In this document: positions 32,417 through 41,223 of the stretch, in pieces
Layout: each line of letters begins with the position of its first letter
Position numbering within the stretch: position 1 is the stretch's first letter
Source of the DNA: an uncultured Clostridia bacterium
GTDB taxonomy: Bacteria; Bacillota; Clostridia; TANB77; CAG-508
Length of the DNA: 41,223 bases
Reading direction: 5' to 3'
NCBI GenBank assembly: GCA_944388725.1
Contig: CALXJW010000001.1
Span: forward strand, 1-41,223
Position numbers and translations under genes: made by a program
Notes under the pieces: generated by a model
The model's database searches: none
The model's input: only the letters and a program-made list of their open reading frames with translations
What the model was told of the DNA's origin: nothing

Positions 32417-34447
32417 ATGAAAGTTGCCAAAGAAAAATTAGATTTAAAAAATGCATTAGAAAAAGAATGGATAATTACAAATGGAATAGGTGGATATGCA
32501 TCTGCAACAATAATAGGGGCAAATACTAGAAAATATCATGGATTGCTTATTGCACCAATAAATCCACCATCTAATAGAAAATTAATATTATCTAAATTAG
32601 ATGAAAGCATAGAAATAGGAGAAAAAAAATATGAGTTATTTACTAATTTAGGAAAAAATTATATTTCACATGGTTATAAATTTCAAGAGAGTTTTGTAAA
32701 AGAATATATGCCAATATTTACTTATAAAGTAGAAAATGTAGAGATAACAAAAGTGATATGTATGGAACATGGAAAAAATACTGTAGGAGTATATTATAAA
32801 ATTAGAAATGGTCAAAAGAAATCTAAATTAATCTTAGCTCCAATAGTTAATTTTAGAGACATACATAATATTAATAAAAATCATATATATAATATCAAAG
32901 AACATATTAAAGGACAAAAAATAGAGATAAAAGTTGACAATAATTCTCCTATTTATATGAAAATTTCAGAAGGAAATTATATAGAACATATTAATGATAC
33001 ATTTTATAATATGTTTTATTTAGAAGAAGAAAAAAGAGGATTTGAATCAGAAGAAAATTTAAGTGTTCCTGGCAGATTTGAAGTACTAATTGATCCAGGT
33101 GAAGAAAAAGAAATCTCTTTTGTATGTTCATTAGAAGAAAATATTGATGAATTAGATGCAAGACAAATAATAACAAAAGAAATAATAAGATTACTTAATG
33201 ATTTTAATAAATCACTTCTAATAGATAATAAAAAACAAAATAAATCAAAAGAAGAAATACAAAGAGAAAATTTAATAAAAACATTCTTAGTAGCTGTAGA
33301 TAATTTTATAATTAAAAGGCCATTATTTAATACATATTCAATAATAGCAGGATATCCATGGTTTTTAGATTGGATGAGAGATACATTAATTTCTTTTGAA
33401 GGCTTATTATTAATACCCCAAAAATTTGAAATTGCTAAAAAAGTTTTACAAACTTGTATAAGAGATATCAAATGTGGTTTAATTCCAAATGCATATTCAG
33501 AAGAAGATAGCAGACCATTATATAATAGTGTTGATGCATCACTACTATTATTTGAACAAGTAAAAAAATATTTAAAATATACAAATGATTATGATTTTAT
33601 TTTAAAAGAAATATATCCGATATTAGAAGAAATAATAATAAATTATAAAGACGGAATATATATAGATGATAATAATATATATTTAGACACAGATGGATTG
33701 ATTGTTTCAGGAACTGAGAATACACAAAATACGTGGATGGATGCAAAATATGCAGGAATAGCAATTACTCCGAGAAATGGAAAAGTAGTAGAAATAAATG
33801 CTTTATGGTATAATGCATTAAAAATAATAGAAGAATTGGCTATAAAAAATAACGAAAAAGATAAAGCAAAAAAATATGAGAAAATGGCTATTAAATGCAA
33901 AGGCGCATTTGAAGAAAAATTTTACAATAAAAAAAGAAAATGTCTATATGATGTACTAGGAGATTCAAAAATAAGACCAAATCAATTATTTGCACTTAGT
34001 TTAACATATCCAATATTAAACCCAAATTCAAAAGAAGCAAAAGAAATGTTTGAAACAGTGACCAAAAAATTGCTTAATAATTATGGATTAAAGTCATTAG
34101 CTAAAGGAGAAGAAAATTACGTAGAAGTTTATGAGGGGGATGGATTTAGAAGAGATTTTAGTTATCATCAAGGAATAACTTGGACTTGGTTATTAGGACT
34201 ATATTATGATACCTTAAAAACATTAGTAAATAATGTTAAAGATAAAGCTGAGAAAAAAGAATATGAAGACAAATTAAATAAATTTATAGAAAATGTAACA
34301 AATACATTTACAAAAGAGATTAATCAAAGAGGATGTATAGGAAGTATAGCAGAAATATATGATTCTAAAAGACCATATTTACCGAAAGGAGCAGTAGCAC
34401 AAGCGTGGAGTGTGGCTGAAGTGTTTAGAATAATATTAAAAAAATAA
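32417..34447 (+). CDS. Glycogen debranching enzyme (archaeal-type GDE, amylo-alpha-1,6-glucosidase domain)
   Basis: The N-terminal signature is ITNGIGGYASATIIGANTRKYHGLLIAP. The C-terminal (alpha/alpha)6 domain carries GYPWFLDWMRDT and ITWTW. Confidence 0.85.
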   Translation: MKVAKEKLDLKNALEKEWIITNGIGGYASATIIGANTRKYHGLLIAPINPPSNRKLILSKLDESIEIGEKKYELFTNLGKNYISHGYKFQESFVKEYMPIFTYKVENVEITKVICMEHGKNTVGVYYKIRNGQKKSKLILAPIVNFRDIHNINKNHIYNIKEHIKGQKIEIKVDNNSPIYMKISEGNYIEHINDTFYNMFYLEEEKRGFESEENLSVPGRFEVLIDPGEEKEISFVCSLEENIDELDARQIITKEIIRLLNDFNKSLLIDNKKQNKSKEEIQRENLIKTFLVAVDNFIIKRPLFNTYSIIAGYPWFLDWMRDTLISFEGLLLIPQKFEIAKKVLQTCIRDIKCGLIPNAYSEEDSRPLYNSVDASLLLFEQVKKYLKYTNDYDFILKEIYPILEEIIINYKDGIYIDDNNIYLDTDGLIVSGTENTQNTWMDAKYAGIAITPRNGKVVEINALWYNALKIIEELAIKNNEKDKAKKYEKMAIKCKGAFEEKFYNKKRKCLYDVLGDSKIRPNQLFALSLTYPILNPNSKEAKEMFETVTKKLLNNYGLKSLAKGEENYVEVYEGDGFRRDFSYHQGITWTWLLGLYYDTLKTLVNNVKDKAEKKEYEDKLNKFIENVTNTFTKEINQRGCIGSIAEIYDSKRPYLPKGAVAQAWSVAEVFRIILKK

Positions 34448-34474
34448 AACTTTTACTTTAAAGGAATGAGAATA

Positions 34475-35500
34475 ATGATAAAAATAGAAGAGTTAGAAAA
34501 CCAAATAAATAAAAAACAAATAAAAGGAATATATTTATTATATGGAGAAGAAACATTTTTGTTAGAACAACAAGTAGAAAAAATAAAGAGAATATTTGGA
34601 GAAAAAGTAAAAGGTATAAATTATATTTTAATAGATGAAACAAATGTACAAGAATTAATTTCGGATATAGAAACACCAGCATTTGGATTTGAAAAGAAAT
34701 TAATTATAGCTAAAAATACAGGAATATTTAAGAGAGAAGGCAAAGGGAGAAGCGGAGGACCAAGCAAGGAATTAAAAGAAAAAATAAATGAATACATAAA
34801 GCAAAATATAGACTTAATTAATGAAGCGACAATAATAATTTTTATAGATAATGAAGTAGAAAAAAATTCAATATACAATACAATAGAAAAATTAGGAGTT
34901 ATATGTAATTTTGAAGAACAAAAACCATTTCAAATAATAAAAAGATTGAAAAATATATGTAATGCTTATAAAGTAAATGTAAATGAAAATATTTTGCAAT
35001 ATTTAATTGAATCTTGCGGAACTAATATGCAAGATTTAATAAACGAAATAAGAAAACTTATAGAATTTACTGGAGAAAATGGAAGTATAGAAAAAGAAGC
35101 AATAGATAAATTATGTATAAAAAAAATAGAAAGTGTTATATTTGATTTAACAGATAATTTAGGACAGAAAAAAACAAAAGAAGCTATAGATGTATTACAT
35201 AATTTAATTACCGCTAAAGAGCCAATACAGAAAATTTTAATTACATTATATAATCATTTTAAAAAATTATATTTTGTAAAACTTGCTGTTGCATATGATG
35301 AAGATATTGCTAGTAGTTTGAATCTAAAACCAAATCAAATGTTTTTAGTAAATAAATATAAATTACAATCAAAAAGTTTTAAAACATCAGAATTAAGAAA
35401 AATAATTCAAGAAATAGAGGATTTAGACTATAAATACAAAATAGGACTGATTGATTTAAATGTAGGTTTAGAAGCAATACTTTGTACATACTGTTCATAA
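34475..35500 (+). CDS. holA: DNA polymerase III delta subunit
   Basis: The N-terminus has IYLLYGEETFLLEQ, and the delta-like helical C-terminal region has FDLTDNLGQKKTKEAIDVLHNL. The ATG at 34475 has better SD spacing than the one at 34466. Confidence 0.8.
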   Translation: MIKIEELENQINKKQIKGIYLLYGEETFLLEQQVEKIKRIFGEKVKGINYILIDETNVQELISDIETPAFGFEKKLIIAKNTGIFKREGKGRSGGPSKELKEKINEYIKQNIDLINEATIIIFIDNEVEKNSIYNTIEKLGVICNFEEQKPFQIIKRLKNICNAYKVNVNENILQYLIESCGTNMQDLINEIRKLIEFTGENGSIEKEAIDKLCIKKIESVIFDLTDNLGQKKTKEAIDVLHNLITAKEPIQKILITLYNHFKKLYFVKLAVAYDEDIASSLNLKPNQMFLVNKYKLQSKSFKTSELRKIIQEIEDLDYKYKIGLIDLNVGLEAILCTYCS

Positions 35501-35516
35501 TAATTTTAAAAAATTA

Positions 35517-35545
35517 TTGACAAAAATAAAAAGTTAGTAGATAAT
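35517..35545 (+). promoter_or_regulatory. Candidate sigma-A promoter for the phosphorylase gene
   Basis: TTGACA (35517-35522), a 17-nt spacer, then GATAAT (35540-35545). Confidence 0.5.
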
Positions 35546-35599
35546 AATGTTGCTTTACAAAAAGAAAAAGAATGTAAAAAAACTTAGGAGGAAGAAAAA

Positions 35600-38167
35600 A
35601 TGTATATATTTAATAGAATAACAGTAAATCCACAATTACCAAAAAGAATAGGAAGAATAACGGAAATTGCTAATAATTTGTGGTGGGCATGGAATACGGA
35701 ATTTTTAAGATTATTTAAAAAAATTGATTCAGATTTATGGGAAAGATGTAATAAGAATCCTGTAAAATTTTTAAAAGCTGTTGAACAAGCAAAAATAGAA
35801 CAAGCTTCAAAAGATGCATTGTTTTTAAAAGAATATGATAAAGTTGTAGAAAATTTTGATGGATATATGAATAGCAAGAATACTTGGTTTGCACAAAAAT
35901 ACTCTAATAATAAGAATGACTTAATAGCATATTTTTCTGCAGAATATGGACTAGATCAAACACTAGCAATATATTCAGGTGGACTTGGGATTTTGTCAGG
36001 TGACCATTTAAAATCAGCAAGTGATTTAGGAATACCATTAGTGGCAGTAGGATTATTATATAAAAATGGATATTTTTGTCAAAGAATAGATAGATATGGA
36101 ATGCAAATTCCAGAATATAGAGATATAGATTTGTATAATTTGCCAATAAATCCTGTAAAAGATATAGATGGAAATGATTTAATGTTATATATAAAATTCC
36201 CAAAAAGAAGAATATATTTAAAAGTTTGGGAAATAAATGTTGGAAGAGTAAAACTATATTTAATGGATTCAGATATAGATATAAATAATGAAGAAGATAG
36301 AGATACAACAGCTAAATTATATGGCGGAGACCAAGAAATGAGAATAAGACAAGAAATTATTCTTGGAATGGGAGGAGTAAACTTATTAAAAAGACTTGGA
36401 TTAAGACCAACTATATATCATATGAATGAAGGACATTCCGCATTTTTGAATTTGGAATTAATAAAAGATACAATAAAAGAACAACAAGTTTCTTTTGAAA
36501 TTGCAAGAGATATTGCGTCATCAAAAACAGTATTTACAACACATACACCAGTACCTGCAGGAAATGATATATTTCCAATTAGTTTAGTTGAAAAATATTT
36601 TAAAGATTTTTGGCCAAGATTAGGACTATCAAGAGAAGAATTTTTAAAATTAGGAATGAAACCATGTGAAGGTTTAGAACCAGGATTTAATATGGGAATA
36701 TTTGCTCTAAAAATAGCAGGAAAGAAAAATGGAGTAAGCAAATTACATGGAGAAGTTTCAAGAGAATTGTTTGGAGAAGTATGGCCACATATCGCAGCGA
36801 GTGAATCACCGATTACATATGTAACAAATGGTATACATACATGTTCATGGCTTGCGCCTAGACTAAAAGAATTATACAACAAATATTTAATTCCATTTTG
36901 GCAAGATAATATACATGAAGATGAAGTATGGGAAAAAATAAGAACAATACCAGATGAAAAATTATGGAAAGTGCATATAGATAGAAAAATAAAACTAATT
37001 TCATTAGTAAAACAAAATGTTACAAATAGATTAAGAAGAGAAGGAGTAAGTTATGAAGAAATAAATGATATAGTTTCAAAACTTAATCCAGAAGCATTAA
37101 CAATAGGATTTGCTAGAAGATTTGCAACATATAAAAGAGCAACATTAATATTTAAAGACATAGAAAGAATAACACAAATTCTAAATGATGAAAAAAGACC
37201 AGTACAATTAATATTTGCAGGAAAAGCTCATCCCGCAGATAAAGAGGGACAAGATTTAATAAAATATATACATGAAATATCTATGAAACCACAATTTAAA
37301 GGAAAAATATTTGTACTAGAAAATTACAATATTGAAATATCAAGATATATGGTGAGTGGTGTAGATGTATGGCTTAACAATCCAAGAAGACCAATGGAAG
37401 CATCTGGAACAAGCGGACAAAAAGCATCAGTAAATGGAGTTATAAATTTCAGTGTATTAGATGGATGGTGGGCAGAAGGATATAATCAAAAAAATGGATG
37501 GACAATAGGAACAAATGCAGAGTATTCATCATATGAAGAACAAGATAAAGCAGATAGTGAAAGTATGTATTACACACTTGAAAATAAGATTATTCCTATA
37601 TATTATGATAAAGATAAAAATGGAATATCAAAAACATGGATGGAAATGATGAAAGAATCAATAGTTTCAACAGGAGGAAAATATAGTACAGCAAGAATGC
37701 TAGTAGATTATACAAATCAATTATATATGCCATTATGTAATTTAACAAAGACATATTATAAAGAATTAGAAAAAGTAGCAGAATTTAATGAATGGAAACA
37801 AAATTTATATAGAAATTGGAAAGATATACAAATAGAACAAATTGAAGGAAATGCAGATGATATTACTGTTGATGCAGGTGCACAGATAGAAGTTAGATGT
37901 GTTGTAACTTTACCAAATATAGAAGAAAAATATATAAGACCAGAAGTGTATTATGGAAAATTTTTAGAAGACGGAACAGTACAAGATGTTAAAATTATTC
38001 CTATGAAATTAGAAAGAACAGAACAAGAAAATAAAAAATATTATTATATAGCTAGAATAGATTTAAATTCTGGTGGAAACTATGGATATACATTTAGAGT
38101 AATGCCAAAGCATGAAATGATATTAGACAGTGAGAATTTGGATTTAGTAAAATGGATTGAAAAATAA
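35600..38167 (+). CDS. glgP: Alpha-glucan (glycogen/maltodextrin) phosphorylase, GT35 GlgP-type
   Basis: Motifs are FSAEYGL...YSGGLGILSGDHLKSASDLGIPLVAVGLLY and the PLP-lysine region EASGTSGQKASVNG. The product is 855 aa with a strong SD. Confidence 0.9.
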   Translation: MYIFNRITVNPQLPKRIGRITEIANNLWWAWNTEFLRLFKKIDSDLWERCNKNPVKFLKAVEQAKIEQASKDALFLKEYDKVVENFDGYMNSKNTWFAQKYSNNKNDLIAYFSAEYGLDQTLAIYSGGLGILSGDHLKSASDLGIPLVAVGLLYKNGYFCQRIDRYGMQIPEYRDIDLYNLPINPVKDIDGNDLMLYIKFPKRRIYLKVWEINVGRVKLYLMDSDIDINNEEDRDTTAKLYGGDQEMRIRQEIILGMGGVNLLKRLGLRPTIYHMNEGHSAFLNLELIKDTIKEQQVSFEIARDIASSKTVFTTHTPVPAGNDIFPISLVEKYFKDFWPRLGLSREEFLKLGMKPCEGLEPGFNMGIFALKIAGKKNGVSKLHGEVSRELFGEVWPHIAASESPITYVTNGIHTCSWLAPRLKELYNKYLIPFWQDNIHEDEVWEKIRTIPDEKLWKVHIDRKIKLISLVKQNVTNRLRREGVSYEEINDIVSKLNPEALTIGFARRFATYKRATLIFKDIERITQILNDEKRPVQLIFAGKAHPADKEGQDLIKYIHEISMKPQFKGKIFVLENYNIEISRYMVSGVDVWLNNPRRPMEASGTSGQKASVNGVINFSVLDGWWAEGYNQKNGWTIGTNAEYSSYEEQDKADSESMYYTLENKIIPIYYDKDKNGISKTWMEMMKESIVSTGGKYSTARMLVDYTNQLYMPLCNLTKTYYKELEKVAEFNEWKQNLYRNWKDIQIEQIEGNADDITVDAGAQIEVRCVVTLPNIEEKYIRPEVYYGKFLEDGTVQDVKIIPMKLERTEQENKKYYYIARIDLNSGGNYGYTFRVMPKHEMILDSENLDLVKWIEK

Positions 38168-38180
38168 TTTGAATAAAAAT

Positions 38181-38221
38181 AATAGAGATAGAAATTTTGA
38201 AGAATTACTATCTCTATTTTT
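38181..38221. terminator. Bidirectional terminator between glgP and tmcAL
   Basis: AATAGAGATAG (38181-38191) pairs perfectly with CTATCTCTATT (38208-38218). T-runs follow the hairpin on both strands. Confidence 0.7.
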
Positions 38222-38223
38222 AT

Positions 38224-39462
38224 TTAATAAGTAATTAACTTTTCAGTATAATCTAAATTAGCTTTAGACTCATATTCATAACCAAGAGTATAAACATTTG
38301 TAGCCCAAATATCTTTTTCCATCATAAGTTTCAAATTCTTATTTGGACTTTTATCCATAAATTTTTTTACAGAAGAAATCAATTCTAATTTATGATTTCT
38401 TTTAGAAATTTCACTAAGAATATCACGCCCTTTATTATTAAAACCTAAAATACGTACATAAGGTTTTATATTACGAGAGATTTGCATATCCTTTTTTGTG
38501 ATTCCTAGAATAGAATATAATAAAATACGTTGAATTCTAGTTTTTGTATATCTTTTAGAATCAACTATAGATAATAATTCAACAACACTATTACAAGAAT
38601 TTGCAGCAGATTTTAAAGAAAATTCTAAGCCTTCAGAAACATCAGGAAGATTTGCAATTTCATCTGTTGACATTTTTCGTAAAGTATAAATTATTTCTTT
38701 ATCGAAACAAGAAATATTATTAACGATATTTCCTTTTTTAATATTATCATTTAAGATATTAAATGATGTTTTAGGCATAATATTTTGTAATTTTTCAATA
38801 TTATTAGACAAGCAGGCATTACGAATAGCGGTTCCACTTGCGAAATTGCTAGATTCAGAAATTATATTATCATTATGATTTGAATCTTTACGCTTAACAC
38901 AAATTGGTTCAATCATGGAATTTTGTCTTTTTAGAGCTTTTAAATATTCAATACCTAGAATATTATTAGGAGCTGAGAGCACATTAGCAAATCTACGGAC
39001 ATCATTTAAGTACATCATTAATGCTTTTTCACGAGCTTTAGGAAATGATACACCTCGTGAAAGTTCATGAGAAAGTAATGTTTTATATTCATTAGGCTCA
39101 GCACACAAAACATTTGAAATATCATTTAAAACTGTAATATCATCACATTCACTCCCGAAAGAAAGATAATCTACAATTTGTAAAGAATCTAATAATTTTA
39201 TTGCACCACTTGCAAAATTTTCAGCACTAGATATTGCATAAAGTGTTGGTAATTCAATAACTAAATCGACTCCACTTTCAATAGCCATTCTTGTTTTTGA
39301 CCATTTATCTATTATAGAAACATCACCTCTTTGAGTGAAGTTACCAGTCATAATTGCTATAGAATAATCTGAATGAGTTATTTGTTTGGATTCATTTAGA
39401 TGGTGTAAATGACCATTATGAAATGGATTGTATTCACATACAATACCTAGAACATTACTCAT
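38224..39462 (-). CDS. tmcAL: tRNA(Met) cytidine acetate ligase (YlbM/UPF0348 nucleotidyltransferase family)
   Basis: The N-terminal HxGH nucleotidyltransferase motif is GIVCEYNPFHNGHLHHL. The 412-aa length is typical of YlbM/TmcAL. Confidence 0.85.
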   Translation of the reverse strand: MSNVLGIVCEYNPFHNGHLHHLNESKQITHSDYSIAIMTGNFTQRGDVSIIDKWSKTRMAIESGVDLVIELPTLYAISSAENFASGAIKLLDSLQIVDYLSFGSECDDITVLNDISNVLCAEPNEYKTLLSHELSRGVSFPKAREKALMMYLNDVRRFANVLSAPNNILGIEYLKALKRQNSMIEPICVKRKDSNHNDNIISESSNFASGTAIRNACLSNNIEKLQNIMPKTSFNILNDNIKKGNIVNNISCFDKEIIYTLRKMSTDEIANLPDVSEGLEFSLKSAANSCNSVVELLSIVDSKRYTKTRIQRILLYSILGITKKDMQISRNIKPYVRILGFNNKGRDILSEISKRNHKLELISSVKKFMDKSPNKNLKLMMEKDIWATNVYTLGYEYESKANLDYTEKLITY

Positions 39463-39481
39463 GAAAAACCTCCCCTAAATA

Positions 39482-39510
39482 TTGAAAAAATTTAAAATTA
39501 TTGCTATAAT
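39482..39510 (+). promoter_or_regulatory. Sigma-A-type promoter for rnhA
   Basis: TTGAAA (39482-39487), a 17-nt spacer, then TATAAT (39505-39510). Confidence 0.55.
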
Positions 39511-39574
39511 CTTATCATAAAAATATAAAAAAACAAATAGATATTGGAAAAAAAATAAAAAAACGGAGGAAATA

Positions 39575-40012
39575 ATGGAAGAAAAAATAATTATATATAC
39601 AGATGGTGCTTGTTCCGGAAATCCCGGACCAGGAGGATGGGGCGCAATATTAATGTATAAAGGAGCAAAAAAAGAGATTTCGGGAGGAAAAAAAGATACA
39701 ACTAATAATATTATGGAAATAACTGCAGTAATAGAAGGATTGAAACAATTAAAAAAACAAAGTGAAGTACAAATATATAGTGATAGTAGTTATGTTGTAA
39801 ATACTTTTAAACAAGGTTGGATATATAATTGGATGAAAAAAGGTTGGAGAACAGCTAGTGGAGAACCTGTAAAAAATAAAGAATTGTGGCAAGAATTATA
39901 TAGTTTAACACAAAAACATAAAGTTGAATTTATAAAAGTAAAAGGACATAGTGATAATGAATTTAATAACAGATGTGATGAAATGGCAAGAGAAGCAATA
40001 AAAAAATTATAG
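39575..40012 (+). CDS. rnhA: Ribonuclease HI
   Basis: The DEDD catalytic residues sit in IYTDGACSGNPGPGGWG, TNNIMEITA, IYSDSSYV and HSDNEFNNRCDEMA. Confidence 0.9.
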   Translation: MEEKIIIYTDGACSGNPGPGGWGAILMYKGAKKEISGGKKDTTNNIMEITAVIEGLKQLKKQSEVQIYSDSSYVVNTFKQGWIYNWMKKGWRTASGEPVKNKELWQELYSLTQKHKVEFIKVKGHSDNEFNNRCDEMAREAIKKL

Positions 40013-40082
40013 AAATTTAAAAAATGTATAAAAACACCAAATTTGTATAAAATAATATCAAATTTATGCAAAGGGTGGTAAA

Positions 40083-40757
40083 ATGAAAAAAAGAATATTT
40101 AAATGTATAATTTTATTATTATTAGTAACTACATTAGTAAGTGTATTATTTATAGAAAATAGTCAAGTAGAAGCATTATCTAAATACGGCTCTACTGGTA
40201 GTGAAGTAAGAACAATACAAGAGAAATTGAAAAGATGGGGATATTATACAGGAAATGTTGATGGAATATATGGAAGTTTAACAGTAGCAGCAGTAAAAAA
40301 ATTTCAACAAAAAAATGGACTTTCAGTAGATGGAATTGCAGGAACACAGACATTAAATGCTATGGGAATAATGACGAGTTCATCATCAGGAAGTACATCT
40401 AGTAATTCATCTGATGTGAATTTATTAGCTAGATTGATATATGGAGAAGCAAGAGGAGAATCTTATACAGGACAAGTTGCTGTTGGAGCTGTTGTTTTAA
40501 ATAGAGTGAAAAGTAGCTCTTTTCCCAATACAATATCAGGTGTAATTTATCAAAAAGGTGCATTTGATGCAGTAGCAGATGGACAAATAAATTTGACACC
40601 AAACAGTACAGCAATTAAAGCAGCTCAAGATGCCTTGAATGGTTGGGATCCATCATATGGAGCTATATACTATTTCAATCCAAGCACAGCAACTAATAAA
40701 TGGATATGGTCAAGACCAATGACAGTAACAATAGGAAAACACAGATTCTGTAAATAA
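40083..40757 (+). CDS. sleB: Spore cortex-lytic enzyme SleB-like cell wall hydrolase
   Basis: A signal peptide is followed by a PG_binding_1 domain (GSEVRTIQEKLKRWGYYTGNVDGIYGSLTVAAVKKFQQKNGLSVDGIAG), a Ser-rich linker and a hydrolase_2 domain (ARLIYGEARGESYTGQVAVGAVVLNRV). Confidence 0.8.
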   Translation: MKKRIFKCIILLLLVTTLVSVLFIENSQVEALSKYGSTGSEVRTIQEKLKRWGYYTGNVDGIYGSLTVAAVKKFQQKNGLSVDGIAGTQTLNAMGIMTSSSSGSTSSNSSDVNLLARLIYGEARGESYTGQVAVGAVVLNRVKSSSFPNTISGVIYQKGAFDAVADGQINLTPNSTAIKAAQDALNGWDPSYGAIYYFNPSTATNKWIWSRPMTVTIGKHRFCK

Positions 40758-40770
40758 AGATAAAATCAAA

Positions 40771-40810
40771 AAAGAGGGGAAAATTATAAAATCCTCTCTT
40801 TATATTTTTT
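40771..40810. terminator. Bidirectional terminator between sleB and the convergent gene
   Basis: AAAGAGGGGA (40771-40780) pairs with TCCTCTCTTT (40792-40801), with one G-U pair. T-rich flanks lie on both strands. Confidence 0.55.
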
Positions 40811-41141
40811 AATTTTTCAATCTAATTAATATAGCAATACCTAATAATATTAACAAAACTCCAACTACAATTAAAGCAACATTTAATATATTATTTAATT
40901 GTAAATCAAAAGAAGATGTTCCTACACTGCTAAAAGTTGTTGTTGTATTTGGAGTAGAATTTGTTGATGCAGTGTTAGTTGCATTAGTCGTATTTGCAGT
41001 ATTTGAAGTATTTGAAATATTTGAAGTGTTTGAAGTGTTTGAAGATAAATTCATATCAACATCTGCAAAAGTATAATTACAATTTAATAAGATAATAAAA
41101 ATTGCAAACAAAATAATAAATATTTTAAATAATTTTGACAT
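40809..41141 (-). CDS. Small secreted, C-terminally membrane-anchored protein with a Ser/Asn/Thr repeat region
   Basis: The start at MSKLFK (41141) has AGGAGG upstream. A signal peptide ending ..NYTFA is followed by SNTSNTSNISNTSNTANTTNATNTASTNSTPNTTTT, a C-terminal TM helix and RLKN. Confidence 0.6.
   Translation of the reverse strand: MSKLFKIFIILFAIFIILLNCNYTFADVDMNLSSNTSNTSNISNTSNTANTTNATNTASTNSTPNTTTTFSSVGTSSFDLQLNNILNVALIVVGVLLILLGIAILIRLKN
40991..41044. repeat. 9-bp tandem repeat, 6 units (TRTTTGMAR), encoding the SNT repeats
   Basis: The units are tatttgcag, tatttgaag, tatttgaaa, tatttgaag, tgtttgaag and tgtttgaag. They are contiguous and in frame. Confidence 0.9.
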
Positions 41142-41223
41142 TTGTATACCTCCTAAGAAATTATAAATAATTGCTTTTTTATAATAACATAAATGATACA
41201 AAAAAGTCAAATAAATATATTAA

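Noticed and set aside
1-41223. Search for tRNA, rRNA, tmRNA or riboswitch-sized structured RNAs, IS elements, integrases, and phage or plasmid genes
   Set aside because: No GC-rich cloverleaf-like segment exists in any intergenic gap; all gaps are at most 350 bp and AT-rich. No transposase- or recombinase-like ORF is present, and no flanking long inverted or direct repeats were seen by eye. A covariance-model scan would be needed to exclude small ncRNAs.

Overview
This is a very AT-rich chromosomal segment (by eye roughly 25-30% G+C) from an endospore-forming, Clostridia-like Firmicute. Spore-former markers are SleB, a SpoVM-like micropeptide, FtsK/SpoIIIE and SepF-DivIVA. I count about 38 protein genes, nearly all core housekeeping: prs, patatin-like lipase, NUDIX, rsgA-rpe, pgi, acyl-ACP thioesterase, mutL, miaA, an HlyD-like adaptor, sepF-divIVA, rsmD, ftsK, a beta-CASP nuclease, GH15, clpC, a CDF transporter, nfeD-SPFH, a pilin-like protein, murB, a divergent yvcK, a glycogen debranching enzyme, holA, an alpha-glucan phosphorylase, tmcAL, rnhA and sleB. 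I saw no rRNA, tRNA, CRISPR array, transposase, integrase, prophage genes or canonical defence hallmarks. I therefore cannot point to a clear new system. The best candidates for something undescribed are: (1) a motif-less 508-aa helical protein packed between ftsK and an intact beta-CASP nuclease, with a GH15 enzyme in the same apparent operon; (2) the only accessory-looking stretch, 22.6-23.8 kb, which holds 350 bp of structured non-coding DNA, a protein built from three adjoining tandem-repeat families (24, 45 and 33 bp), and two short ORFs below the ORF-track cutoff, one SpoVM-like; (3) a membrane-anchored YvcK-like protein with a degenerate nucleotide-binding motif and a Lys-rich tail, without rapZ or whiA; (4) a mosaic intergenic repeat family (GGGACAGTC plus GTTCAWWWTGAAC modules) present at two loci; (5) clustered, partly helically phased ATTACAA boxes upstream of the sepF and rsmD promoters. 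Functional calls rest on motifs visible in the supplied translations and on recalled family signatures. No database search was run.
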